A stretch of DNA of 63,121 nt, filler included, from Reclinomonas americana ATCC 50394 (lineage: Eukaryota), in assembly GCA_048213135.1 (NCBI GenBank). It is 6 parts of 4 records of this genome, joined end to end, with 100 filler letters (N's around TTAATTAATTAA, not from the genome) between each part and the next. Parts side by side here need not be neighbours in the genome. Positions count along the whole stretch, not along the records: positions 40,714 to 63,121 come from PS015861.1; 5 more parts are not named here. One strand, 5' to 3'. Shown one piece after another: positions 43,398-55,100 of the stretch. The translations under genes were made by a program, and so were the position numbers. Numbering within the stretch: the stretch's first letter is position 1; every line of letters starts with the position of its first letter. Under the pieces are notes generated by a model. The model saw only the letters and a list, made by a program, of their open reading frames with translations. It had not been told where the DNA came from and did no database searches.

Positions 43398-46300
43398 GTG
43401 CCACCGCCACCCCCTCTGCAGCCAGTTGGTGCCGAAGCTGTGCCTCAGCGACACGACTTCGGACGCGTTCTGCATATGTTCCGATCGAGGCGGCGACTGC
43501 GGCGCGAGGTATGCAATGCGTTCTCACTCCACTATCTGTGCGTTCGCTGAGAAGCGATCGTCTTGTGAGTGCAGGCGGTGAATCTCCTCCTGCAAAGTCC
43601 TGCCGTCGCCAACGACGACATCAGCCACGTGCCCGCCGCACTTCCCGACCTCCATGTAGATTCACCCGCACCTCCCGATCAGCGTGTCGATTCATCCGCA
43701 CCTCCTAGCCGCTCGTCATCACGGAGCCTGCTGACACGAGCGGTGTTGGCAAGAGTAGAGGAACGCGGGCGAATGGAGCCAATTGTGCTGACTGGTACGA
43801 CGGTGGTGGTCACCAACCCGGTGGTGCGCGACGCAAGGGCAAGTGCTCCGCCGATTATCACTCAACCAGCACAATGTTGCGTCGCGATGGTAGCGCTACA
43901 TGTGTAACAGGCTCTGCTGATGTGGTGGCTTTGTGTGCCGCAGTGTTGCGACGATTGGTGGAGGATCGGCTGAGAAGGTATCGCACTGAAGCGTCGGACG
44001 TTGAGTAAGGGTAATGAAGTGAGAGAGACACTGAACACACCGATCAAGGGTTGAGGGTGGAGGAGAGACACTGATCACACGCACACACCGATCAAGGGTT
44101 GAGGGTGGAGGGAGACACTGATCACACTGAACACATCGGTCAAGGGTTGAGGGTGGAAGAGAGACACTGATTGCAAGAACATACCGATCAATGGTCGAGG
44201 GTGGAGAGAGACACTGATCACACGCACACACCGATCGGGGGGAGACACTGATTGCACACCACACACTGATCAAGGGTTGGGGGCGAAGGGAGACACTAAT
44301 TGTACGCACACACCGATCAAGGCGACACTGACATCGATCGAAGGTTGAAGGTGGAGGGACAATGATCACAAACACCGATGAGAGAGCGTCGGAGGTTTCG
44401 ACGTCGTGTCCTGTTCCCTCTGTTGCCATTGTTCCTGCGAGTGTCAGGGTGGATTCATGCAGCACATCATGGGCATCACTAACCAGCAATGAGCGTGTCT
44501 GCAGTGTGCGCCAGTCCGATTCCGAAGGCTGACTTCTTCATTTTGTCCTGCACCTTTTATTGGGTACAGATCTCGCTTGCTTTCGCTGCCGTTCGCCTCC
44601 GAGTGTAGCCACACCTACCACTATCGAATTCCGCCACCGCCCCTGTCTCAAAGCTCTCTCCTTTTCAAGAACGTCGACGCGCCCGAATTTCTGCAACCGT
44701 TGCTCGATTTTCAGTGCATTTGACGAGAGAGTGCAACGTCGATTCTCTCTGCCAATGGGTACGGTGGCCAGCCGCGGTGAGCATATTGTGGATGTGGGCT
44801 CTCATGCCACTGCTGTCGAGGGCAATGGCGACTGGATGCTGAGCGAGTCGGAGGGCGCTGCCTCGTCGGTCGCCAGCGAGGCGATTGAGCAACCACACCA
44901 GAGGAAGAAGAAGAAGAAGAAGAGAAAGTCGACGCGTCTGCAGGAGCATGAGTGTGCGGCGGTGGGGCGTGCCGACTGTGACATGTATCACGAGGAGGAT
45001 GGAGTGGGGTCGTCGCGGGTGGAGGTGGTGGGTGGCGCTGGCTGGGAGCACGAGTCGACGGATATATGGACGCGGGCGCTGGCGGAGTTGATTGCGTTGG
45101 AGCAGGAGGGGCCGCCGGAAGTGTGTCGCTATAATGTGAGTGGGAAGGGGAAGAAAGGGGGAAGGAATGAGGGAAGGAATGAGGGAAGGAATGAGGGAAG
45201 GAATGAGGGAAGGGATGGGAGAAGGGATGAGGGAAGGGATGAGGGAAGGGATGAGGGAAGGAAGAGAGGGACGTGTGCTCCTCTCCGTCGCTGTGCTCCT
45301 TGTCGTCGCTGTGCTCCTCCTTGTCGCTGTGCTCCTCGCTTGTCGCCGTACTTCTTGTCGTCGCTATGCTCCTTGTCGTCGCTATGCTCCTTGTCGTCGC
45401 TGTGCTCCTCCTTGTCGCTGTGCTCCTCCTTGTCGCTGTGCTCCTCCTTGTCGCTGTGCTCCTCCTTGTCGCTGTGCTCCTCCTTGTCGCTGTGCTCCTC
45501 CTTGTCGCTGTGCTCCTCTCTGTCGCCATGCTCTCCTTGTCGCTGTGCTCTCCTTGTCGTCGCAGTGCTCCTCTTGTCACTGTGCACTTGCTGTCGCTGT
45601 GCTCCTTCTGTTTGCGGAAGCACAGCTGGTTTCCAACAATAGTAAACAGCGCCTGGTTGGCCCCGCCAACGATGGAGAATGTCGCCGTATCCCACGCGTT
45701 GAGGTCGGTGGCGCTCAGTGTGCCCACCGGCTGATTGGCAGCCACCGTGCGTTGTGCTCCTTATCGCTGTGCTCCTGTCGTCGCAGTGCTCCTCTTGTCA
45801 CTGTGCACCTGCTGTCGCTGTGCTCTCCGTCGTCGCAGTGCTCCTTGTCGTCGCAGTGCTCCTGCGTCGCTGTGCTCCTCCTGCGTCGCTGTGCTCCTCC
45901 TGCGTCGCTGTGCTCCTCCTGCGTCGCTGTGCTCCTCCTGCGTCGCTGTGCTCCTCCTGCGTCGCTGTGCTCCTCCTGCGTCGCTGTGCTCCTCCTGCGT
46001 CGCTGTGCTCCTCCTGCGTCGCTGTGCTCCTTGTCGCTGTGCTCCTCTTATCGCTTTACTTGTTGTCGCTGTTGTCCTTTGCGTCGCAATGGTCCTCTCT
46101 GTCGCTGTGCTCCTTTCTCTCGCTGTGCTCCTTGTTTCGCTTGTTGCTCTTTCGTCCCCTTCCAGCTGTTCTTGTCCTCACCGTTTGTGTTCCCGCAGGT
46201 GGTCATTGCTGGCGACAGTGGCGTCGGCAAGTCGGCGTTTATTCGCGCCGCTCTCGGGCACCAATTTGTGTCCCGCCACACGCACACTGCTGGCGTGGCC

Positions 46301-49300
46301 TTGCACATGATGCAGTATCGCAGTGAGGATGGGCGGCGCATTCAAGTGCAGGTTTGCGACGCAAATGTCTGAGAAGCAAGTTGCGTTGGCTCACTCTGTG
46401 GCGCAGTTGATTGAGCGCTCTGGCGATCCGCGGTACCAGTGTATGACTGAGGAATATGTGCGAGCGGCTGATGCAATGATTGTGCTGATCGACTCGTCGA
46501 CATTCTCCTTTGAGGCGCCTGCAGAGTCTTCGTACGGACGGTCGAAACAAGTTACGTCTCTGCGGGCGTCACTATTTATTTCTTGATTCTAATCTCTGCT
46601 TTAGTACTTTGCCAGTGCCGACGAGTATCACCCGCAAGGTGACGACGATGAGTTTGTGCGAGTGCTGCTGGGCACAAAGGTGCTGTTTGTCTCCCCTGTC
46701 ATGTTTCACTTGCTGTGTCTCACTTCATGTGCAGGCCGACCTGGTGCGCGCGGAAGCCGCCATTGGTCGCCCCGGAGGAGTGCCCTCATTCCTCGCCGTC
46801 GAGGCATCGCTCAATGTTGATCGCACCACTGGCCTGCGATACACGGCAGTGTCGGCCAAGGTTCTCCCTTGCTCCTCCACATGCACTCTCCCTCTCTCAC
46901 CCTTCCCATAGACACACCCCGCGAGCATTCGTGACATTGTGAAGACGGTGGTGCTGCGCATTCAGCAGCGACAGGCCGAGGTGGAGCAGTGGTTTCCGGA
47001 GATGGCGTATTTTTCGCCGCTGTCGCTGCCGACGCTGACGCAGCACATTTGTGGCGGATGCACACAGCAGGGTGGCAGTGTGGGGTTGTTGGGGGGTGCG
47101 CTGTCGCCGCGGTCGGTGCCGTATGCGTTTTTATCGGCGGAGGAGGCGAGGGAGTGGAGGTTGCATGATCCGAATGTGTCGGGGTTGGATAGGAGGGGGA
47201 ATCGGTGTCCGGATCCAGAGAGGGTGAGGAGGTGAGCGGGAAATGGGAAGGGAAAGGGGAAAGAGGGAAAAGGGAATGGGAAGGGGGAGAGAGGGAAAGG
47301 GGGGAGGGGGAGACAGGGAAAGGGGGGACGGTGATGGGGAGGGACAGGAGGAGGGACAGGAGGAGGGAATGGAGGAGGGAATGGAGGAGGGAATGGAGGA
47401 AAAGAGGGAGAAGGCATAGAAAATAGGTGATAGACAATGGAAAGTGACGTAAACGAGAGCGAGGGAAGATGGATCGAGAGAATAGAGGAAGAAGTAAGTA
47501 AGAAGACTGACTGAGCGACCGCACCGAAAGAGTGAGTATTCGAGTTTACTATAGACTTTGTGAAAGTCGACAGTGAGAGGGTGGAGGGCAGTGAGTGTGT
47601 GGGCTTGCTATTGAATGGATGTGTGAGAGGCTGACTGTGGTGAGAAGAAGTATGAATTTAGGCTGCTCGAGTAAGTGGACGAGTGAATGCATGTGAATGA
47701 TTTGAGAGAATGTGAGGATGTTTGAGAAAGAGCGCCTGAGTCCAGAAGGTTGGCAATGTGAAGGAATGAGGGAAAGCATACCGTGAACTGAGATGCTTGC
47801 AGGTTGAAGAGCATTAAAGAGCGAGGAAACAGACAGACATGGTCATGAACACAGTTCGGGCAGATTGTGAGTCAGTGAGTTACTTTGCTGTTATCGCTCT
47901 GTGTCGCTGTCGGTCTTGTCGCTGTCGGTCTTGTCGCTGTCGGTCTTGTCGCTGTCAGTCTTGTCGCTGTCGGTCTTGTCGCTGTCGGTCTTGTCGCTGT
48001 CGGTCTTGTCGCTGTCGGTCTTGTCGCTGTCGCTCTGTGTCGCTGTCTCGTTCGTGTCGCTGTCGCTCTTGTCGCTGTCGTTTTCTCTTTGCTGTCGCTC
48101 TCTTTGCTGTCGCTCTCTTTGCTGTCGCTCTCTTTGCTGTCGCTCTCTTTGCTGTCGCTCTCGTCGCTGTCGCTCTCGTCGCTGTCGCTCTCTTTGCTGT
48201 CGCTCTCTTTGCTGTCGCTCTCGTCGCTGTCGCTCTCGTCGCTGTCGCTCTCGTCGCTGTCGCTCTCGTCGCTGTCGCTTTTGTCGCTGTCGCTCTTGTT
48301 GCCGTCGCTCTGTGTCGCTGTCGCTCTTGTCTGTCGCTCTTATCGCTGTCGCTGTGCTCCTTGTCGCTGTGCTCCTTGTCGCTGTGCTCCTTGTCGCTGT
48401 GCTCCTTGTCGCTGTGCTCCTTGTCGCTGTGCTCCTTGTCGCTGTGCTCCTTGTCGCTGTGCTCCTTGTCGCTGTGCTCCTTGTCGCTGTGCTCCTTGTC
48501 GCTGTGCTCCTTGTCGCTGTGCTCCTTGTCGCTGTGCTCCTTGTCGCTGTGCTCCCTGTCGCTATCGCTCTGTGTCGCTGTCGCTCTGTGTCGTTGTCGC
48601 TCTGTGTCGTTGTCGCTCTTGTTGCTGTCGCTCACGTTGACTTGCTGTGCATTGCCTATCTCTTTCTCTCTCCGTGTCTCGCCCCTCTCGCATTTCGCAT
48701 CGCAGGGTGTATCGGAGGCTCGTCCGCCAGTTCAACCACAAGGAAGCCGCGGCTGGCGTCCATGTCGCACCCGCCGGATACGCTCCAGAGACCGCGCCGT
48801 CGGTGGAGGAGTGGTCGGTGTTGGGTAGCCAGCCAGACGAAGTCAGCATGATCAGTGTGGAGATGGAGGGAGTGGGCGCTGGCGCACCGTGGGAGCACCA
48901 TGCGGAGTACATGGATGTGGTGAGTGGACTTGGGAAGAAATTGGTGGCATCTTGTCGCTCACTCTCTTGTGGAGCAGGTCGACGTGAATGCCAACGACTC
49001 ATGGCAGGATGACCCTGCAAACCATGATGCGTTCTTGTATGGCGAGGCGGCGAGCAGCAGACGGCCTTCAGTGACGCAGACGGTACGAATGTAATCAGAG
49101 CAGAACTGTGTCAACGTGCAGCTCATCGCGCAACGTTAACAGCCCGGCGACTATGTCACACCGCGATTCGAGAGACGGCAGAGTGTCGCGGTTGCGTCAT
49201 TAGCTGTTGGTGACTTGTCCCTGGCCGGAGAACTAACTTTCTCTGACGCGCAGAGTGGGCGAGATGGGTGGACACCAGGGCGTGAGCGACGGAAGAGCAT

Positions 49301-52071
49301 TACTGAGGTGAGCACAGCACTTTAGTTTCACTGAAGAGAACGCCCAAGGAGCGCACTTGGTGAGCGGTGCATCCTCTCCGCAGAAACTTGCACTCTCACC
49401 CTCATGCTGCATGATCACTCATCCGCTGTTTGATTGTCGCACAACCATACATTGCCTATACACGCAACTAAGTTGCATAGCAAGTGAGAGAGATTTTTGA
49501 GAGAAACAGGAGGGATTATATTGGTAAGAGAGAGAATGTGTGTTGGTTTTGTTCGCGACACGTCTGTGAGTCGCACCGCTTGTATGCATCAGCGGATGAC
49601 ATAAGTGACAAAGAGAGAGCAAGGGTGTTGGTGTCGTGTGCGGCAAGTCTACGAGGGACACTTCGGGTGTGGAGGAGACATTGCGGACTATTTTTGATGA
49701 ATCTTGACGTAGCTGGGACTCGATACTCATTTACTGCGCACTAGGGTGGGCCGTGGCCAGATTTCGAGCGGCGTCGCAGCATCGGCAGGGTGAGATGCCC
49801 TTTACTCCTTTCACTCTGCCCTTGTGACCTCACGACCTTGCGCAGCTCGGCGGCAATGAACGCCGGCAGAGCGTGACACAAGTTGCGACTGCACAGAAAG
49901 CCAATTGAGATTGATTCCTGCTTATTCCTGACTTGACACATAGCTTGGCGATGAAGACTGGTCGCTGCCGCCTGACACCACAGAGCGCCGCCGCAGTATT
50001 GTAGCAGTTGCGTTATCAACGGACTGGTACTTTGGAAGAGACTCAGATGCTGTCTCAACTGAAGAGAGACCACTGGTAGAACGTGCACTTGCTCGGCGCT
50101 GTCACTATTTCTCATCTTCTGACGCGAGAGCTCTGGTAGATAGCGCACTTGCTCGGCGTTGTCACTACTCCTCATTTGCTGATGAGAGAGCGTTAGTGAA
50201 CGCGCACTTGCTCGGCGTTGTCCGTTTCTCATTTTCTGACGCGAGAGAGTGCTGGTAGAACACGCACTTGCACGGCGCTGTCGCTATTTCTCATTTTCTG
50301 ACGCGAGAGCTCTGGTAGATAGCGCACTTGCTCGGCGTTGTCACTACTCCTCATTGTCTGATGATAGAGCTTTGGTGAACGCGCACTTGCTCGGCGTTGT
50401 CACTGTTTTCATTTTCTAACGAGAGAGCTCTGATTCAACGACTTGCTCGGCGCTGTCACCAATTCTCATTCTGACGAGAGAGCTGTGGTAGATACCGCGC
50501 TTGCTCGGCGTTGTCACTCATTTTTTCTCTTTTTCTGACGAGAGAACTCTGGTTGAGCACGCGCCTGGTCGGCGTTGTCACCGTTTCTCAATTTCTGACG
50601 CGAGAGTTCTGGTTGAGCACGCACTTGGTCGGCCTTTTCACCGTTTCTCAATTTCTGAAGTGAGAACACTGAAAAAACGACTTGCTGGACGCAGTTATTG
50701 TTTCTCATTTTCCGACGAGAGAGCACTCGTAGAACGCGCATAAGCTCTGCACGGACACCCTATTCACACTTTGGGGTGTTCTATGTACAATCTCACGAGT
50801 CTACTTGTTGTTACACTCGCTTGCACGCTTCCGTTATTTCTTGTCACTTCTGTTCTCGTTGTGCACACTGCACACTCGTTTCAGTCACATATTTCTTTTG
50901 GTTCCCATGCGGTCACTCGCAATCGTGTGGGCGCCTCTCATCACGGAGTGCTGTCGTTCCTCTTGTTGCTCACATGATCCTTGCCGCGCTCAGGATGACG
51001 CCAGCATGGCCTCGACTGCCTTTGGCAGACGCAAGAGTCTGAACATGGTCCGCCACTCTTTTGTTGTCGCCCCTTTCCCCTGTCACGCTCCACCTAACCT
51101 TGCTGGTGCAGGAGGAGCTGCTGGCCGCGATTGCCGAGAGACGCGATCGCAAGCGGCAGATTGCCAACTTTCTGCGCACTGCCGGTTACAACACGGGCGA
51201 CTTGGGGGAGCCGGTGATGCACGACTTCACCTCCAGTTCGTCGTCCAGTGACTCAAATGTGCTGGAGGCGGAGCCCAACAGTGCGAGTGACAATGATGAT
51301 TCAGCGCAGGTTAGTTTTGGTGGGAAAAGGATGGATTGCTATTCTTGTCGCGAAGCCTATCTGCGCCATGCGGATAGTCCCGCCTTCTCTCTCTCTCTCT
51401 CCTCCTCTCTCTCCTCCTCTCTCTCTCTCTCACTTGCTCTCTCTCACCTGTTCTCTCTCTCTTTCCTGCTCTCTCTCTCCCACTCTCTCTCTCTCCCTCT
51501 CTTTTTCTCTCTCTCACACCCTTTTTGCCTTCCGCAGCGACCACAACCACCACCACTCCTGCGACGCTCCAGTGCAGCGACCTCCCACATTGGCTCCCTC
51601 GTCTCCGCCATCTCGCTCTGCTCCATCGAGTCGGCGTGTCGGCTGGCCTCTGTCGCCTCCTCGTCGGTGGACAACACGCCGCGTGCACCCACCGCGCCCT
51701 TTACGCCACCTCCACCGCAGCCAGCCAAGGAAGAAGTGCGGCCATTCGTCCCACCGCTGCAGCTGCCGCGACAGCAGCCAACTCCTCCTCGTGCGGCCGG
51801 CGACGAGCTGGCGTTTCTGCGTCACATTCATCGCGAGAACCGACCGGCAGCAGGAGTTCAGCAGCCGCGTGTGCCCCTGCTGCGGCAGCAGTCGTCGACG
51901 CAGCAGTTGTTGGTGCCGTTGACGAGAAATGCGCCGACGGTGCGGGCGGCGGCGGCGCGGGGGGTGGTGCCGGCGGAGGCGACGGCATATCAGCGGGAGG
52001 AGATGAGGCATGAGCAGAATATGGTGCGGGTGTTGGCGGCGCAGGAGGGGGGAGGGAGGGGGAGGGGGTGA
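43398..52071 (+). CDS. Large protein with central degenerate Rab/Ras-like GTPase domain and disordered, RRxS-rich C-terminal region (5' end in gap; some exon joins near 43.9-44.7 kb unresolved)
   Basis: Spliced CRYNVVIAGDSGVGKSAFI (G1), HTHTAGVAL (G2), IQVQLIERSGDPRYQCMTEEYVRAADAMIVLID (G3 altered), VRVLLGTKADL (G4), YTAVSAK (G5). It continues in frame through mini-exons at 48.7-51.3 kb to a stop at 52069-52071. Confidence 0.7.
44025..44370. repeat. Intronic minisatellite, ~46-bp unit, about 7 degenerate copies
   Basis: GAGACACTGATCACACGCACACACCGATCAAGGGTTGAGGGTGGAG variants in tandem. Confidence 0.85.
45270..46135 (+). repeat. Intronic GTCGCTGTGCTCC minisatellite containing a non-repetitive insert
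   Basis: 18-19-bp period arrays (TTGTCGCTGTGCTCCTCC; GCGTCGCTGTGCTCCTCCT) interrupted at ~45606-45750. Confidence 0.9.
45606..45750 (-). pseudogene. Orphan cadherin-repeat coding fragment, antisense inside an intron
   Basis: Translates as VAANQPVGTLSATDLNAWDTATFSIVGGANQALFTIVGNQLCF, alignable to the cadherin repeat at 36991-37270. No flanking splice sites on the minus strand. Confidence 0.7.
47895..48630 (+). repeat. Intronic GTCGCT-based minisatellite (15-bp periods)
   Basis: Successive arrays of GTCGCTGTCGGTCTT, GCTGTCGCTCTCTTT and TTGTCGCTGTGCTCC. Confidence 0.9.
50060..50740. repeat. Intronic tandem array, ~60-bp unit, about 11-12 diverged copies
   Basis: Consensus approx. TTCTGACGCGAGAGCTCTGGTAGANNGCGCACTTGCTCGGCGTTGTCACTATTTCTCAT, located within intron 50007-50993. 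Confidence 0.9.
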
Positions 52072-52152
52072 AGTGAAGAAGAGAATGATGCTTAAGGGAA
52101 GGATTACACTTTTGGCGACGCGATTGTCAACACTCTTTTTAAACACGCTGAA

Positions 52153-55100
52153 TCAGACAGCTTCCGTTACCATGCCGCGATGTTCCAGTCTGTTGTCATC
52201 CTCGTCGGCAGCTTCTAGGAGTGGCGCATGGAGCGTGGAATCGCTGGTGACTTGCACGTGACGGCTCGCACCCACTTGCATCTCAATTTCTGTTGTATGA
52301 GGGAGGAAGAGGGATACAGAGATAGAGAGAATGAGCGAAGGAGAGAGGCAAAGGGAGTGCTGTGTATCGAGAATCTCCGACTCCCAGTTGACGCTCACCA
52401 TCAGAGGCTGCCGATCCTCGCCTCTGCCGACGTCGGCAAAACGCCACCACAGCCTTGATGCCAGACAGCACCACTGGGCCCACCAACACCGCGCCAGCAA
52501 GCGAGAGCACCACGATGCACGTGACAACTTTGAAGCTCGTGGAGGCCTGCGATGCAAACACGGTGGAGATGACAACCAGCGAGCCGAGACCGATGGCCTG
52601 CCAAGCGCACAATGAGAACACCTGTGTGTCTGCACTCACAGTGCGCGACTCACCTCCAGCACGTTATACAACAGGAGTTCATAGGCGCGAACGACGAGGT
52701 GCACCGCGAGGAAGGCGACACACACCACCCACAACGCCAGTGGAAGGATGTCGATTGATCCCGTGGCGGCGAGAGGGAAGAGCACGGCGAGGACGATCAG
52801 ACGTCGACAGAGTTGATAGCCTGATGCACCCAAAAGGAATAGAGAGAATTAATGCTCGGTGTGGTGACGACCTTCATCTGCAATACTGCTGGTGGGGCAA
52901 TTGTTGTCTTTTGTATTCCCATACTGTGTGCTTGCTTGTCACTCAGTGTGTGGTGCGCATACGAGACTCTTTTCGACAATAAGTGGTATTGGTGTAACTA
53001 TATGCCGTGCGTACTCAAGAAGCGCAAAAATCCAATCTTAAACGTGAAAGATTGACACAAACAGTATAGCAGAGAAGCATACAACCAGGCGTAAGTGCGC
53101 CCGTGGATCTCTCTGCTCTCAGCGACTTCTGGGCATGATTTGCCGTGCGTACCTAGCAAATCCAAAACCAAGTTTTGCATGTGAAAGAGTGACGCAGAGA
53201 ATACATCGGAGAAAAGCATCAACCTACCCGCGTGCATTCTGATCTCGCTGCTCGCTTCCACCCTTCCCTCTCGAGTCACTCACCTTGATACCACACCACC
53301 GGAGGCCGGAAGTGGTCGTACAACACACCGAATCGTCGTCGAGTCTGTCACACAAGTGTGAGACCATGGCCCCTCACGCTAGCTTCTCTTGCCACCACTG
53401 ACCTTCTCGTCATGCAGTCTCTTTTGCCGACGCAAGCGCACGGTCCACCACACTACCAACACTGGCACACTGAGAGTGGCTGCCAGCAGTACGGCAAAGA
53501 GCGGAATTAGTCGCTGCCACCTGCGCACACACATTTGCCGATCAGCACGGAATGAGACGGTCACGCAGCTGCACATCAAACGCAACACTCCCTCGTAGCA
53601 CACAATGCTGGGTGAAAAGAGCACCAGATGACTGTTGCCGACCTCCGTGCACGTGAAGAACGTGATGGCCGTCTCTGCCAGGCCCTCGTACGCTCCCAGC
53701 AGTAGGACAACTGTCGTCAGGATGTAGCGGTGCGGTGATGCAACGAGCTTGAACCACACGACAAATCGTTGCCACCGTCCGCCCGTCGAGCTGCTGTGAT
53801 GCAGTCGTCCACGATAGATGCAACGAGAAAACGCTTTCACAAGCAGCCAGTGCAGACCGAAACAAGCCCACAAGATCGCCAGCGACACAAATGGCGATAC
53901 GACACGAGCCAGCATGTCACCGACAGCGTCTGTGTTGAACGGACAGCCGACATCCAGAATGCGCGGCACAACGAACGTGAGCAGTCGATTGAGGGAGATG
54001 AGCTCCACGTTGGGGTAGAAGAGAAGCGTGGTGGTCTGAAGCGTGAAGATGATGATTTCGGCAGATGCTGCAAGCACATACACATGTGAGCATCTATTGG
54101 GGACATTGTCTAATCAGCACGGGTTGCTTGCTTTCTTCTCTAATTGCCTCCAGTTCTACTCTCGCAACTTGCTTCATGTCTTCTCTCCTCTCTTGCTGTC
54201 TATCCTTCGACCCTTGCCTTTCCATTTTCACCATCTCTATCCCACTCGTTGTGTCTCGCAATGAGTGCGACTTCCATCATCGCTCCTCTATTTGTCGCGT
54301 TTCCTGTATCCTTTTCTCTGGTACTCGCTCCTCTCTCCATTGCTCTTCTCACCCTCGCGTTTCCCATCTCTTCTATTCTCACTTTCGCGTTTTCCGTCTC
54401 TTCTCTTGCGTTACATACCTCCACCAACATCAATCTGGAAAAAGACGTGAATGAATAGCACAAAGGCAAGCATCTTTGTAAATGTCCACAGGCGCGCCCA
54501 GCCGGACGTGGCCTCGCACGGAATGCACACTCCCTGCCACTGAGAGTAGCCCTCCTGCACATTCCTGTGAGAAAACCATCGTCCCCTCGCTGCACCGACA
54601 TGTTACCCACCTTACATGCTCCACACAGCGGTGAGTCTGACGCGCGATTCGTCTCCTCACTGCAGTATTCGGCGTCGACGGCAACCAAAGTTTGGCTAGC
54701 GTCATCACCGCGTTCGCAGTAATCATAGGGACAGAGGTATGCCACCACAGTTGACGGTGGCGACACCAGCGTGCCTGTCCATCCTTTCGACAAGACACCC
54801 TCAATCTGCCAGTCAGCATCGACTGGGAAGGTCCAGAACTGCGACTGCACTTCCATCTGCAGGCCGCCGAGGCAGTCGGCATTGACTGGACACGGCACAC
54901 ACGTCTGGTTGAACGCACTCGTCGGCAGCGCGTACTCGCCAGGGGGACATTGCTGGCAGCCAATGTCCGTGTAACTGTAACCCGCTGGGCAAGCTGCCAG
55001 TGACAATGAGAGCTCAGGCTGCGGGCCGACAAAGCCACCACCAGAGCCAGTGGTGATGCTGATGCTCACAGAGTCGCCGCTGTCGCGCGGATGCGGACGA

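Noticed and set aside
50060..50740. CRISPR-like appearance of the 60-bp array
   Set aside because: Inter-core segments are homologous to each other rather than unique spacers, there are no cas genes, and the context is a eukaryotic intron.
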